Virus record (IMG/VR): IMGVR_UViG_3300030004_000003
Location: 2,893 to 66,892 of that record
Length of the DNA stretch: 64,000 nt
Strand: one strand, 5' to 3'
From: a virus
The stretch's first letter is position 1, and every line of letters starts with the position of its first letter. Both the position numbers and the translations under genes were made by a program. The notes beneath the pieces were generated by a model. The model saw only the letters and a program-made list of their open reading frames with translations, did no database searches and had not been told where the DNA came from. This document shows, one piece after another, positions 28,901 through 40,609 of the stretch.

Positions 28901-31900
28901 GTGCGCTTTACGACTCTCTGCTTCTGGCATCTGTCGCCTGTTTTTTGCTGGCGATCGTCGGACGACTCTTTGCCATCTATGGGTTCCCTCACGCTTTTCT
29001 GGGCCGTTGTAAAAACTGGTTCCGCAATCGCTGGTATCGCCTCACGCGATGCCGCCTCGGTTGCCGGACTTCTGATCTTACGACTCAGCGCCTGGAGAAG
29101 CACTCCGCCGAAGTGCCGATCGTTTATTTCACCATGGAGGGTCAGCAGTCAGGAACAGCCCTCTGCACAAGGCATGACCGTAGGGTGCGCTGCCAATTCT
29201 GCGGTCGCCTACATTATCACGCCACCAAAATCTACTCACCAATCAACAACTAACCCAATGCTAACAATGAAATCAGGAATAGAACTCATTGCCGAGGAAC
29301 GCCTCCGGCAAATCTCTCAAGAGAGATACACGCCGGAGCATGATGACAGCCATGCCGACGATGAACTCGTTTTTGCCGCAATAGCCTACCTCGAAGTTGC
29401 TTCCGGTGAATTTCCTTCTGTAGCAGTGCTCCAGTGGCCGTGGGATACGACGAGTTTTAAGCCGGATCAATTTGGGACGAAAAATTTGGCGAAGGCTGGT
29501 GCCTTGATCGCTTCGGAGATTGATCGTCGGCGGCGTTTGCAGGTGAAGGAGGTGGCGTCATGAGTCTAAAAACTGTCACTTTCAAGGCGTCGATCAGCGC
29601 CTCCACTTATGATCACTACACTGCCCGTGTGCTGGTCGCTGCCGAACTCCGCCATATCGCCGATCAAATCGAGGAGGGGTCGTGCGTGGGTGAATCCGGC
29701 ACTGCCGCCGTCGCTGATCATCTCTCGTGGGAGATCAATGATCCATGGGAGGGGATGGTCTCCATCGTGGAGCGCCGCAAGAAGATGGCTCCTCATAACC
29801 CGCACAGCATCCCTGTCTCTCGCAGGAATCTGGATTGTATCGGCGGTGAGGGTGGTAAGGCTGCTACGGAGGTAATCAAGCCATGAGTGATCTCATTATG
29901 GTTGGTTGGACGGATGGGGGTACGGGGATCACCAACTTCGACCCAAAGGAGCTGCCTCTCTATGAGGCGGCTCTGGAGGAGACCAAGGATGAAGATCTGA
30001 TCCTGGTTTCAAGGCCCTTTGGCCGGTTCTGCATTCCCTCCGATTACTCTCTTCATTTCAAAAGGGGCAGAGAGAAAGACCTCTCTGATTTCTGGAAAGT
30101 TTTCGATCGGATCCAACAGCAAAAACTAACAACTAAATAACTATCATTATGAAATCAATAACACCAGCGGCACTCGTAGCCGCCGCCATCGGCGATTTCG
30201 GAAACTTCATGGTAGCCTCCACGCCGGGAGGTATCGAGACCCAGGAGCGAAGCGGGCAAATTGAGCAGTCTTTCAAGGAAACTCTGCCTGTGGATATGGG
30301 GGAGCACCGAACGCAATTTGAGGCTCTCGGGTTCGTCTTTGGAGAATCTGAAGGTATCTTTATTGAGGCTAAGTTTCCGAAGGGATGGAGGAAAAAGCCG
30401 ACTGAGCACTCGATGTGGACTGATATTGTGGATGATCAGGGTCGCAAGCGGGGAGGTATCTTCTATAAAGCGGCCTTCTACGATTGCCGATCTGCCGCTC
30501 ATCTTGAAACCCGATTCAGCGTTAGGGATAACTATGGAAATCAGGAAAGAGTGGTCTCTGTCGTCGATGTCAGTGGCAAGGTGGAGAAGAAAATTACCGG
30601 GCTGCTGGCACCGGACTGGGATGATCATGCGGAAGGGCTTCGGCGCGTCGAGAAGTGCGAACAGGCGCGCCGGGAGCTGACGGCATGGCTGGACGAGAAT
30701 TATCCGGAGTGGCGGTCGCCGCTCGCGTACTGGGAGGAGTAAAGAAGCAATCTAATAATATCATTATGAAACTACTGCTGCTCAAAATTCTCAATTCAAA
30801 GGCTGCTTCGATTCTCTGGGTCTGTTTTGCCGTCTTAATCATCGCTCTCGTTGCCGCATGTGAGGTGATCAAGACTATCGCTTTTTGGAAATACCTCACT
30901 CACTGACTAATAACATTACTATGAGCGAGCCAAATAAGCAATGGTATGTCGGATCACAGAATGATGCACTTTTCATCATTAATACCCCTCCACGCCCCTC
31001 AAATGATGATGCGCGGCATGATCGCCCCGATGGTCCCACGGTAGTCCTGTCTGTACATGGGTTGGATCCGGAGAAGGTACAACAGATCGTCGATGCCCAT
31101 AACGATGGTGTGCAAGAGCTTTTACTGCAACTGGATCAGCATTCCAGGGTTATCAAGTCTCAGTCAGATCGCCTCAATCATATTGCCGAGCTTCTGAAGG
31201 ATGTGGAGCCCATGGATGGCTTCCCTCTCAGTATCGGGAGTAAGATAAATTTGTTGTTTCTGCGGTTGGCGGATGAGCAACGGAAGGTAAGGGAGGTCGA
31301 GCGCAGTGAGGCTGATGTACGCCAGATCCTGACAATCACTTCTGATGAGTTATCACTGACTGGGAAGGCGCTCGCTAGTGAGGGGGAGAAGGTGAAGGAA
31401 CTTGAAGGTAGCCGAGATAAAGCGGTCAAGTCCGTCCTTGATCTGATTGGCGCGATCGAGACAATCCGGATGGATCGCACACACTCCGCTGACGGGGATG
31501 TCTATGTCCTGCAGACTCAGGAATGGGGCGAGTGGATTCTGGGAGAGGCGAAGGCTGCTCGCCTGATCGTTGCCCCTCTTCAATCCATGGCTGTCCTGAA
31601 GGTTGAAAAGGAGGTGCAGGAATGAACGCGGAATCCATTCAAGAGATCAACCGCGCCATTGCCGAGGCGTGCGGGTGGCGACCATCAAGAAGTAGATTCC
31701 AAGGATTTCCACCAAACAAACCCGACTCAACTCTGCTTTATGATGCAGAGTATTACCCAGGATATTGGGAAAACCTACACGCATGCTGCGAGTTTGAATC
31801 AAAGAACCCATTTCTTTATTCAACAGCCTTGAGGGAAATTCTGGAAAATCATGTTGGGAAAACTGAGTGGGATGGAGGAAATAAAAAGGCCTTTTATTTC

Positions 31901-34195
31901 ATCACAGCAACAGCCCCTCAACGCTGCGAGGCTTTCTTGAAAACCCTCGGGCTCTGGAGGGAGGAATGGAAATGACCCTCCTTCTTACCATCCTCCTCCT
32001 AGCCGCGCCTTCGCCAAAGGTAAAACCGACCGCTACGCCGAAGCAAAGCCACTCGGTAAAAATCCCAACTCCTATTCCTACGCCCGTTCCGACTCCCACA
32101 CCGAAGCCAACTCCAACTCCTAAAAACATCTTAATTGAGCAAGTCTGCCCTCCGGGAAATCCTACGCCTGCCACGAGTCGGCTTACTCCATTTTCTGCTT
32201 AATAACTAACAATCCGCTAAAATGATAAAGTGTAACTACTGTGGTAAATATAAACCATCTCATGGCGGAGAGTATATTTCCGTTTTTCATCCTAAGTGCC
32301 ATTGTCGAATCGTTGAGGTTGCGGCGGATTCAGCATCAGACAACAGCTTCTTGATTAATGCGATAGTGGCTACAGAAATAGCTCAACTCCAAACTGATAC
32401 CTCATGTATTCACACTGATTCCGAAATCGGGATGACAATGGGAGATGCGACCTTAAAGCAGCTTCCAGATGGCACCTGGGAGGCTACGGCTCCTATTGGA
32501 TCGATCTTCGGCTCTGAGGTGCAGGGAGAATGCCGTGGTCAAGGCGCTACCCAAGAGGATGCTCTGGCTGAACTGGCCAGAGATAGGAAGAACCTGAATG
32601 ATTCTCTCTGGTTTTAATTCAATAATTCTATGCCACTTAAAACCCATTGGATGCCGCTACAAGATTTCAACCCTCCACTCAATACAAGCACCTAACAACA
32701 AAATAAAATGCAACAATACAATACAAACATCCGTAACAATGTCCTTCAGTGGACTAAGGAAGAGAAGGCTATCTCGGAAGCGCATGAACTCGTCGAGCAT
32801 ATGGGAGCGTCTGGCCATCTGACCAATGCTTCTATCCTGCTCATGGCGGCTCGTCAGGCTGTCGCCCATCACATTATGGATCAGCCGGATGTGAGTGTGG
32901 GTCATCAAGGGAAGCCGAGGGATATTTACGAGGTGAAGTTCGGCGACATCTACAAAAACGGGGAGTTTTTTTCCGAGTTCCACGAGGACAGTCATGGAGT
33001 AGAAATCACTTGCGACGAACTCAACCGTCTAGCGGGAGGTGAGGGATGAGCGGGGAAGCCGTTAAAATTGACGAGCGCTTAATCGATCGGATCGGTGTGC
33101 GTGAATGGGGACTCCCTTCAATCTGCATGCCTGGGAAAATGTGGCGCAGTGAGATTAACGGAACGATTTCCTGCATGGTGCCGCACGAGGATGCCAGCAA
33201 GGTTAAGATCGAGACGCGGCCGCTCGTGATAATTCCGGCTGGATGCGAGATGAGCTGGCTTCCTGACTCGTGGAGGGCTGCGCTATGGGAGTATGTCAAG
33301 GCGTGGCCTAACTCCGGGTGCGGCTATGGCCCGTTCCTGGCGATCACTGAAGAAGAGCGCTGTGACTTTATCCGCAAATGGGCAAAGGAGTTGGTGGAGT
33401 CGGATAATATCGGCTGCCTAGGAACAGCAAACGACATCGGAGAGTTCGCTGCGTATGGCTATGAGCTTGCTGGAGGTTCCCGATGAAGTCCTCTCATCTC
33501 CATATTCTCCAACACAGTCTTGGAGTCGATCAGTACGGCCGTGGACCGCAATACCGCAATCACTTTGTCACGGGAGGCAGATGTGAGGACTTCCTGTTAT
33601 GCAAGGAGCTTGTGGAAATGGGTTTGATGGTCGAGCAGGGGGTTGCTGTCATCCCTGAAGCAGATCACTGTTTTATTGTCACTTATGACGGAAAAAAGGC
33701 CATGGCTGATGGCTCTCCGCCTGCTCCTAAGCTCTCACGCTCTGCGCTCCGGTATCGTGAGTTCCTCAGTGAAGATTCCGGAATGTCCTTCGGGGAATGG
33801 CTGCGGGCTCAGAAGCACTGGAAGCGCTATTTGAAAGATCGGGAAGCGATGGCATGAGTGACAATTACCCTCAATTCTGTCCTCTCTGTGGTTCTCGTCG
33901 GAAGGATCTGCCTGTCCCCGTCTATGAGTGTGGCTCGCATGATGATCCTCAATATATGCGTGTCGTGGTGACGGAGGAGTGTCAGCGGCGACAAGATCTC
34001 CTTGAGATGGCGATTGTGTCGGCTGCATTCGAGCAGTTTCGTTATTTCGCTACTCAGTATTTCGCCCAACGCGGCGCTGTCCGCACCCGAGGGTGGCCTG
34101 AAACTCCTTTTCCGGATGTGGGCTTCTATGCAGTCGATGTGGACGCTCCCACTGCTCACTTTCCAATTCTCCGTTATATCAATCAACCCAAGTAA
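28897..34195 (+). CDS. Array of about 15 small accessory ORFs (e.g. 29258-29563, 30149-30742, 30921-31625, 31622-31975, 32708-33049, 33483-33857)
   Basis: Coupled starts/stops and A-rich leaders; several resemble widespread phage hypotheticals (IAEERLRQ..EHDD; IFYKAAFYD; YRNHFVTG). Confidence 0.6.
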
Positions 34196-34228
34196 GTCGT
34201 TAGTCAAAACCCAACCAAATCAACTATT

Positions 34229-34537
34229 ATGAATGTAATAACCGAAGGTCACAAATACAAGCTCGCCCAGTTTGAAGGATCCGATCCTCAAACTCTCCAG
34301 TTCATCGAGAAGGCTCCGATCGCTGTGGGTGCCACTGAGTTCTTCACGGTCAATGATGGTACTACCAATGAGGAGGTTTTGGCGGTCTTAATTGACCGTC
34401 TGAATTATCTGCAAAGGAAGTTCCCTTGCCGTGAAAATACCATCGTGATCACGAAACTGGAGGAGTCGCTGATGTGGCTGAATAAGCGCACTTCCGACCG
34501 TCTCGCCCGCAATGTCGAAGGTAAGCAACTGGCCTGA
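34229..34537 (+). CDS. Tad1-like anti-defence signalling-molecule sponge
   Basis: G..NEEVLAVLIDRLNYLQ.KFPCRENTIVITKLEESLMWLNKRTSDRLARNVEG matches the Tad1 C-terminal pattern. Confidence 0.7.
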   Translation: MNVITEGHKYKLAQFEGSDPQTLQFIEKAPIAVGATEFFTVNDGTTNEEVLAVLIDRLNYLQRKFPCRENTIVITKLEESLMWLNKRTSDRLARNVEGKQLA

Positions 34538-36283
34538 TGAACTTTATTTATCAACGTGTCTCCGAACACTGCTGCTCTCCCTGGTGGATGGAGTCGTGCT
34601 ATCACGATTATGCCACCAGGGAGAATGTCATGGTCGCCTGGCCGCTCGGGATCTTCGTGAAGCTGACTTATGGCCTGTGGCTTGCCCTACAGATTGGCGG
34701 CCGTAAGAAGACTTGGATCGATCGGATGCTGGAGGATCGCTATCGCCGAGATTATGAGGAGCTTGAGAATCTCCGGAGCCGATGCCGTAGTTCATGGATG
34801 GCTGATAATGCCATCCTGGCGCTGGAGGGGCAACTGAAGCGGGCTGTCGCCGTTGCTGAGGAGTTGAAAGAGATTGGGTTGCCTCTCTCTGATCGCTGCT
34901 TAGAATGGAGTGCAGAACTCGAAAAGCTCAGTCAATTAAAGAAGGAGGCAGGGTTATGAGCGGGCAATTCGTACTTTGGGGGCGCTCCGCTGGGAAGTCT
35001 CTCTCTAGGGAGGATCTAGAGAAGATGCTCTCGGTACTGATCGTCAGAACCGAATGTGCTCCACCTGACACGATCATTATCAGTGATCAATACTCTCCCG
35101 AGGAGAAGCAGAAGATTCTAATTCACGCTCAGGAGCTCGGCATGACTATTAATCAACCAAAAAAAGGAGGAGGGAGATGATCACTATCACTTATAAGGAT
35201 CTCGAAAAAGCAGTTCGTGATTGCAGGGATAAAATCACTTCGGATGGTGGAAATCCTCCAGATGGATATGATCCGACGGACGAGAGGGTATTCAAGGTTG
35301 CGGACGCCTGCTGGTTCGACGGCATGGATCGCATGGGCCGTGCCATCCTGTCGTGGGCAGAAGATCAACCTGATTGGATGCAACACTTAAAAGATGAAGC
35401 TGGTGTATGCCAGTTTCAGTTCTCGCGGGTCATGGCAGGCGATAGTTTCAGGAGGCTGAATGACGGGGATCGGGAGATTCTGGTTAAAATATTCGATTGG
35501 ATTTGCTCCCTGAATGCGCAGTCCGCCGCACCTGCAGTTTCACTCCCTGAAGGGATGCAGCCCGGGCCGTTCTCTCATGAGGTCGCTCATGTCGATGGGC
35601 TGGCTGAGGTGCTAGAGCAAAATCAGGAGATCGACTGGATGTATGGGGATATTGCGGTTGCTGCTCGTGATATTCATCTGGCGAGCTCGTTAGTGGGGGA
35701 GCCGGTAGTACAGAAGGGAGGGTTTCTGAGGATTCTGGGTCCATCTTTGGTGTATGAAAAACCTTACCTTGCCAGAGTGCTGCTCGATGAGCCTACTCTG
35801 TATAATTTTGCTGTAAATCGCGAGGATTTGCGCCCTTTGCCATCTCGTCGCTATACTTGCGTGTGCTGTGGTCAGAGGTGTTGGCGGTCTAATTCCCTTG
35901 AAGATCGGTTACTCGCTCCTTGCTGTCCTGCGTGTGAGGATCTTGCGGGTAATATAGAGCGCCATGAGGCACTAGCCGCAGAGGGTCGCGCTGTTCGCGA
36001 AAAGCTCAACTCTCTGTCTTCTCTCTGATTTCTTAAGATGAAAATACCTAAATTTGTCAGTGTAGAAACCGAGATCGAGGTGGATATCTGCGCGGCGATC
36101 ATCGCATCCATTCTGGCTGAGGAGCCTGTCGGATCCCGTCAGGGCGTCGTGTGTATCAATAACTTCGCCGCTGTTCTCAAGGGATTCTCTCCGGAGATGA
36201 TCGATCAGATTGGCCTTCCTGCCAGGAAGGTGATCGCTGATTTTTTCAGAGAGCAGGCGATCCGATTCTCTCCAGACGGGTGA
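34537..36283 (+). CDS. Four hypothetical ORFs (34537-34959, 34956-35180, 35177-36028, 36038-36283)
   Basis: Coupled operon. Confidence 0.5.
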
Positions 36284-36389
36284 GTCGCCTTGTGCGGCCG
36301 CTTGCGGCGTACTTGCGGTTTATCTGTATTACTTTGTCCTTCACTAATCTGTTTTCCTTTCACCTTTTGTTTGTCTCTTCGATTTTTTT

Positions 36390-37541
36390 ATGATCACTTG
36401 CCCTTATCACGAGTGGGATCTTCCCGCCTCAACTCTCTATCTCCGCCGCTTGCTATCAGAGTTTCCCTTCGCCGATCGCAAGGAGGATGGTACTTCCCGG
36501 TCGATGGCGGTCCAGGTGGCCGCAATGCTGTCGCAGTTCTGTGTCTCGATGTTCCCAGCCGGTGCCTCCCGTATGGGCATTATTTATAATGCCAATTCTC
36601 AACGCTCTGGTAAGTCTCTCCTGGCCAAGATCGCCATTACGCCAATTCACGGGATTTTTATGCCCTCGACCTGGAAGGGGAATGAGGAGGAACTCAATAA
36701 GGTGATCGACTCGGCCGCGCTCTCGGGCTGTACCTATATTTGCTTCGATAATGTGCGAGGCTATCTTGCCTCGCAGACGCTGGAGGCGATCATGACCGCT
36801 CCCTCGTGGACTGGGCGTATTCTCGGAAAGACGGAGATGTTCACCGCTCCCAATCGGATGACGCTCTTTGTCACTGGCAATGACTGCACTCTATCACCCG
36901 ATCTGGAACACCGCACGCTGCGCTGTGATCTGTTTGTTCCAGAGGGTGATGTTCAGGAACGGTCGCCTTCGTTCGTGATCGATGATACTTGGCTGATCGA
37001 GCGGGAGAATCGCGTCGATATTCTCTCTGCTCTTTGGGGTGTGGTTCGGGCGTGGGATGCAGCGGGTCGTCCGGATGCCTCGTCGCTGGGGATCAAGCCA
37101 AGGCTGGGATTTGAGCGATGGGGTGAGTTGTTGGGGGGTATTGTGTCGTTTGCAGGCTTCGGGAATTGTCTCGAACATGCCCCTTCTGACACGGCCGGAG
37201 GCTCTGAGATGCGCAATATCCGCAATCTGATCACGGCTCTCTGTGAGCTTGCGATCCATGATCACCAGGAGTTCACGTTTCAGTCTGTCGTGAACGCTGC
37301 CAATGACAATGATGTGTTCGAGTATATGATGGACGGCCGGAGGTCTGATGGGGATTTCGTACTCACGGCCAAGGCTCGCAGCCGCTTCGGCCTTACCCTG
37401 GGGCGCTATGCGCCGAATATAGATGTTACTGGCGTACCACGAAGCTATGTAATAAACGGCAAGAAGGTGATGTTCGGAACGACTAAACAGGGGAAAAACA
37501 AGCGGTATTTTATCACGCAAGAGGCTGGCACCTGCGAGTAG
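36390..37541 (+). CDS. P-loop NTPase, C-terminal half of a primase-associated helicase
   Basis: LLSEFPFAD, Walker A ANSQRSGKS, CFDNV, RILGK, VTGN motifs. Confidence 0.8.
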   Translation: MITCPYHEWDLPASTLYLRRLLSEFPFADRKEDGTSRSMAVQVAAMLSQFCVSMFPAGASRMGIIYNANSQRSGKSLLAKIAITPIHGIFMPSTWKGNEEELNKVIDSAALSGCTYICFDNVRGYLASQTLEAIMTAPSWTGRILGKTEMFTAPNRMTLFVTGNDCTLSPDLEHRTLRCDLFVPEGDVQERSPSFVIDDTWLIERENRVDILSALWGVVRAWDAAGRPDASSLGIKPRLGFERWGELLGGIVSFAGFGNCLEHAPSDTAGGSEMRNIRNLITALCELAIHDHQEFTFQSVVNAANDNDVFEYMMDGRRSDGDFVLTAKARSRFGLTLGRYAPNIDVTGVPRSYVINGKKVMFGTTKQGKNKRYFITQEAGTCE

Positions 37542-37686
37542 TCTGGTTGGTTCATTTTGAAATGAAAATATGGGTTGTAGGGTCGATTTCCCTGCAACCC
37601 ATTGGTTTTTGGTCGCTTTTTTTAGGTAATTCGCCTTTTTGCTCTAAGATAAGTCAATGGATGCGAGGATTTTGCGCAATCGGAAT

Positions 37687-37879
37687 GGGTCATCGGGGGT
37701 ACGATTACGAGAAACGGGCAACCTTGTCCTTTGCAATTCGTTGGTTTTGCGCCTCTTGTGATTGCTCTGGATTGGTCATTAGGGGTCATCGGGGGTTAAA
37801 CGGTGCATATAAAAAAATCCAAAGAAATGAATTTAAGGGCAAAATAATATACAGTCGCTCATTTAACCCATGATGACCC
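37687..37879. repeat. Direct and inverted repeats around an AT-rich spacer (possible origin or packaging site)
   Basis: GGGTCATCGGGGGT at 37687 and 37783; inverted copy at 37862-37879. Confidence 0.6.
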
Positions 37880-38109
37880 ATGCTACCATGTCGAGACACC
37901 AACCAAGGCGGTGATCTCCATCGCTTTGCAACGAGGAGGGGTTATGGGAAGGGTGTGATTTGAACCTCGTCGCGTGTCACCAAATAGAAATGTTACCACC
38001 ACGGTGGTTAAAGGAATCTCTTTTTTACAGGTTTTTAAGAGGTTTCCCGAAGGGTACATTCATGTTCTCCTGTAAGTTTCCAATAAGTTGACAGGTTACA
38101 CATGGGTGT

Positions 38110-38778
38110 GTGGACACTGGAATCGTCAATCAGATCGCGGCTGCCTGGGGAACTTCCCGAGCCTACGTCTATAAATTGGGAAAAAAGGGCTGTCCGATCC
38201 AGATCCCCGAAGACTCCTCTGTTGAGGAGCTGATTAAGACCGCAACAGAGTGGCGCATCGCCAACTCCCGTCATGGAGTCGGATACCGGTCAAAAAAATC
38301 GAACAATCCACCCACTGAGGGTGCCGGGACAGAGAACGAGGAAATACAACCGTCTGGACCAGTGTGGCCGCCACCTAAAGCCAGAAAGAAGGTTAAGGTT
38401 GATACGATTGAGCGAAGTCTCGACCAGGCGATTGCGATCGAACGCCAGTGTGCTGAGGAGGTTGAGCGCCTGAGTAACGATCCTGGCAAGCTTGTCACCG
38501 CTATCAATGCCTACAACAAGGCTCAAAACAACCGCATGGACACTGAAAAGCGTGTTCTGGAGCTTCTTGAGAAGCGCGGCCAACTCATTTCTCTCCCCGC
38601 TGCCCAACAAATCATTACCCGTGTCTGGGTTCCTTTCCTGATGCGACTCCGCGCGTGCCCACGCAATGCTGCCCAAAAAGCCAACCCTCAAGACGATGTT
38701 CTCGCCGAAGAGGCTATAAGGTTGGAAATAGAGGCTGCCATTGAAGAAGGGCAGAAGGAGTATGCCAAGGCAATGTGA
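38110..38778 (+). CDS. Terminase small subunit (Nu1-like)
   Basis: N-terminal HTH QIAAAWGTSRAYVYKLGKKGCP, coiled coil, KRGQLI; directly upstream of terL. Confidence 0.75.
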   Translation: MDTGIVNQIAAAWGTSRAYVYKLGKKGCPIQIPEDSSVEELIKTATEWRIANSRHGVGYRSKKSNNPPTEGAGTENEEIQPSGPVWPPPKARKKVKVDTIERSLDQAIAIERQCAEEVERLSNDPGKLVTAINAYNKAQNNRMDTEKRVLELLEKRGQLISLPAAQQIITRVWVPFLMRLRACPRNAAQKANPQDDVLAEEAIRLEIEAAIEEGQKEYAKAM

Positions 38779-40609
38779 CGCGCCAGAGGCGCTCCAGGCC
38801 GTTGAAAAGGCCATGTGGCATGTCTTGGCTCCTACGCCGAGTCGGCCTGTATGGCAGTTCTTGGAGGATCATGCCTACCTGACCGAGACGCAAAGTTCCT
38901 CGCCGGGGCAGTTTAGGACGACTTCGCGGCCCTACATGAGGGAACCGCTTGATTGCTTCCGGGATAAACGCATTACGGATCTGGCGCTCTGTTTTGGTAC
39001 TCAGACAGGGAAAACCACAATCGTGATCGGTGGGGCGGCCTGGAAACTCTGTAACGATCCCATGAACGCGCTGTGGGTGATGCCAAACACTGACCTGGCA
39101 TCGTCGTTTTCTAAATCCCGCTGGATCCCCTTCATTGATTCGATTGATCCGCTTCAGAAGCAGAAATCAACCGATCGGAAGCTTTTTGCCACACTGGAGC
39201 AACATTTTTCCCGAGCGATCCTGAATTTTGTTGGATCCAACTCCCCGGCCAACGTGTCCTCCCGTCCCGCAGGGCTGCTTCTAGTCGATGAAACTGACAA
39301 ACTGGGGCAGAAGACGGAAAAGGAGGCAGGGGCACTCCAGAACGCCGAAGAGCGCTCTAAAACCTTCCCCTACCCACTTAGGGTTAAGACCAGTACGCCC
39401 ACCACGGTTCATGGCGATATTTGGCAGGAATTTCTCCGGGGGGATCAGCGGTACTTCTTCGTCCCCTGTCCTCATCCTAACTGCGGAAAGAAAATTCAAC
39501 TCAAGTGGGGTCAGGTAAGGTGGTGGGAGCACGATGCCTCGGAGAGTAAAACAAACGGGGACTGGGATGAGGAGAAGGTGCGTAAAAATACCTACTACCG
39601 CTGCCAGGAGTGCGAAGGGAAGATCTACGACCATCAAAAGGAAATGTTGTTGGCTGGTGGTGAATGGATCCCGACGAATCCTAACTCACTTATTGGCCGC
39701 AGGAGCTACCATTTGAACAGTCTCTACGCGCCGCTGAAGGAGTGTAACTGGGGTCTATTGGCCGTGAAGTGGATCCAGAGCAAAACGAGCCTCACTCGGC
39801 GGCAGGCGTTCATTAACTCAACACTGGCGGAGCCTTACGACGACGAGCGTTCTGTCGATGACGATCCGATTAATACGGTGATCTACACTACCTCAGATCT
39901 TCCCACTGATCGGATTCCGATCATGACGGTCGATGTGCAGGAGAATCATTTTTGGACCATCATCCGCGACTGGAGCAATCCGAAGCTTCCAGGTGGTCAG
40001 CAGAGTTGGCTGATGCATGAGGGGCGCATCGAGACTCCTGAGGAATTGGAAGCTCTCCAGGCCAAGTATGGCGTGGAGGCGAAGCGTGTAGGTCTCGACA
40101 TGGCTCACCGTCCAAACAAGGTCGGGGCGCTTCTGGTAAAAAACGGATGGCGTGGACTCTGGGGTAGCGACAAGGCGGGATTTATTCACTCCCTTGGAAA
40201 TGGGAACAAGGTTATCAAAGAATACTCACCGGTCCAATACCGTGATCCTCACTTGGGAACGGTTCATCAGAGCGAACAGAACAACAAGGCGATGTTCGTC
40301 TATTGGGCAAACGATCGGATCAAGGATCGTCTGGAAGTGCTTCGATACGAAGATCCGCCGCGCTGGCATGTGCATAACAACATCTCGAAGGATTACGTCC
40401 ATCAGATGAATAGTGAGCGGCGGGAGGTGAAGACCTATCGCATGACTGGCCGCAAGGCGTATTACTGGAAGCGGATTCGGAAGGCGAATCACCTCTTTGA
40501 CTGCGAATCAATGCAGATTGTGATGGGGCTGATCGGGGGTGTTATTCATGACGACGCGGATCACGCCGCCTCCCAACAGGCATTCAAGCTGGACGATCAG
40601 AAGGCATGA
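38762..40609 (+). CDS. Terminase large subunit (lambda GpA family)
   Basis: PYMREPLD, GTQTGKT, LLLVDETD, TSTPT, GDQRYFFVPCP, MTVDVQ, NHLFDCE; exact start uncertain. Confidence 0.93.
   Translation: MPRQCDAPEALQAVEKAMWHVLAPTPSRPVWQFLEDHAYLTETQSSSPGQFRTTSRPYMREPLDCFRDKRITDLALCFGTQTGKTTIVIGGAAWKLCNDPMNALWVMPNTDLASSFSKSRWIPFIDSIDPLQKQKSTDRKLFATLEQHFSRAILNFVGSNSPANVSSRPAGLLLVDETDKLGQKTEKEAGALQNAEERSKTFPYPLRVKTSTPTTVHGDIWQEFLRGDQRYFFVPCPHPNCGKKIQLKWGQVRWWEHDASESKTNGDWDEEKVRKNTYYRCQECEGKIYDHQKEMLLAGGEWIPTNPNSLIGRRSYHLNSLYAPLKECNWGLLAVKWIQSKTSLTRRQAFINSTLAEPYDDERSVDDDPINTVIYTTSDLPTDRIPIMTVDVQENHFWTIIRDWSNPKLPGGQQSWLMHEGRIETPEELEALQAKYGVEAKRVGLDMAHRPNKVGALLVKNGWRGLWGSDKAGFIHSLGNGNKVIKEYSPVQYRDPHLGTVHQSEQNNKAMFVYWANDRIKDRLEVLRYEDPPRWHVHNNISKDYVHQMNSERREVKTYRMTGRKAYYWKRIRKANHLFDCESMQIVMGLIGGVIHDDADHAASQQAFKLDDQKA

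Noticed and set aside
37547-37873. 108-aa ORF
   Set aside because: TTG start, atypical composition, overlaps repeat and AT-rich DNA; probably non-coding
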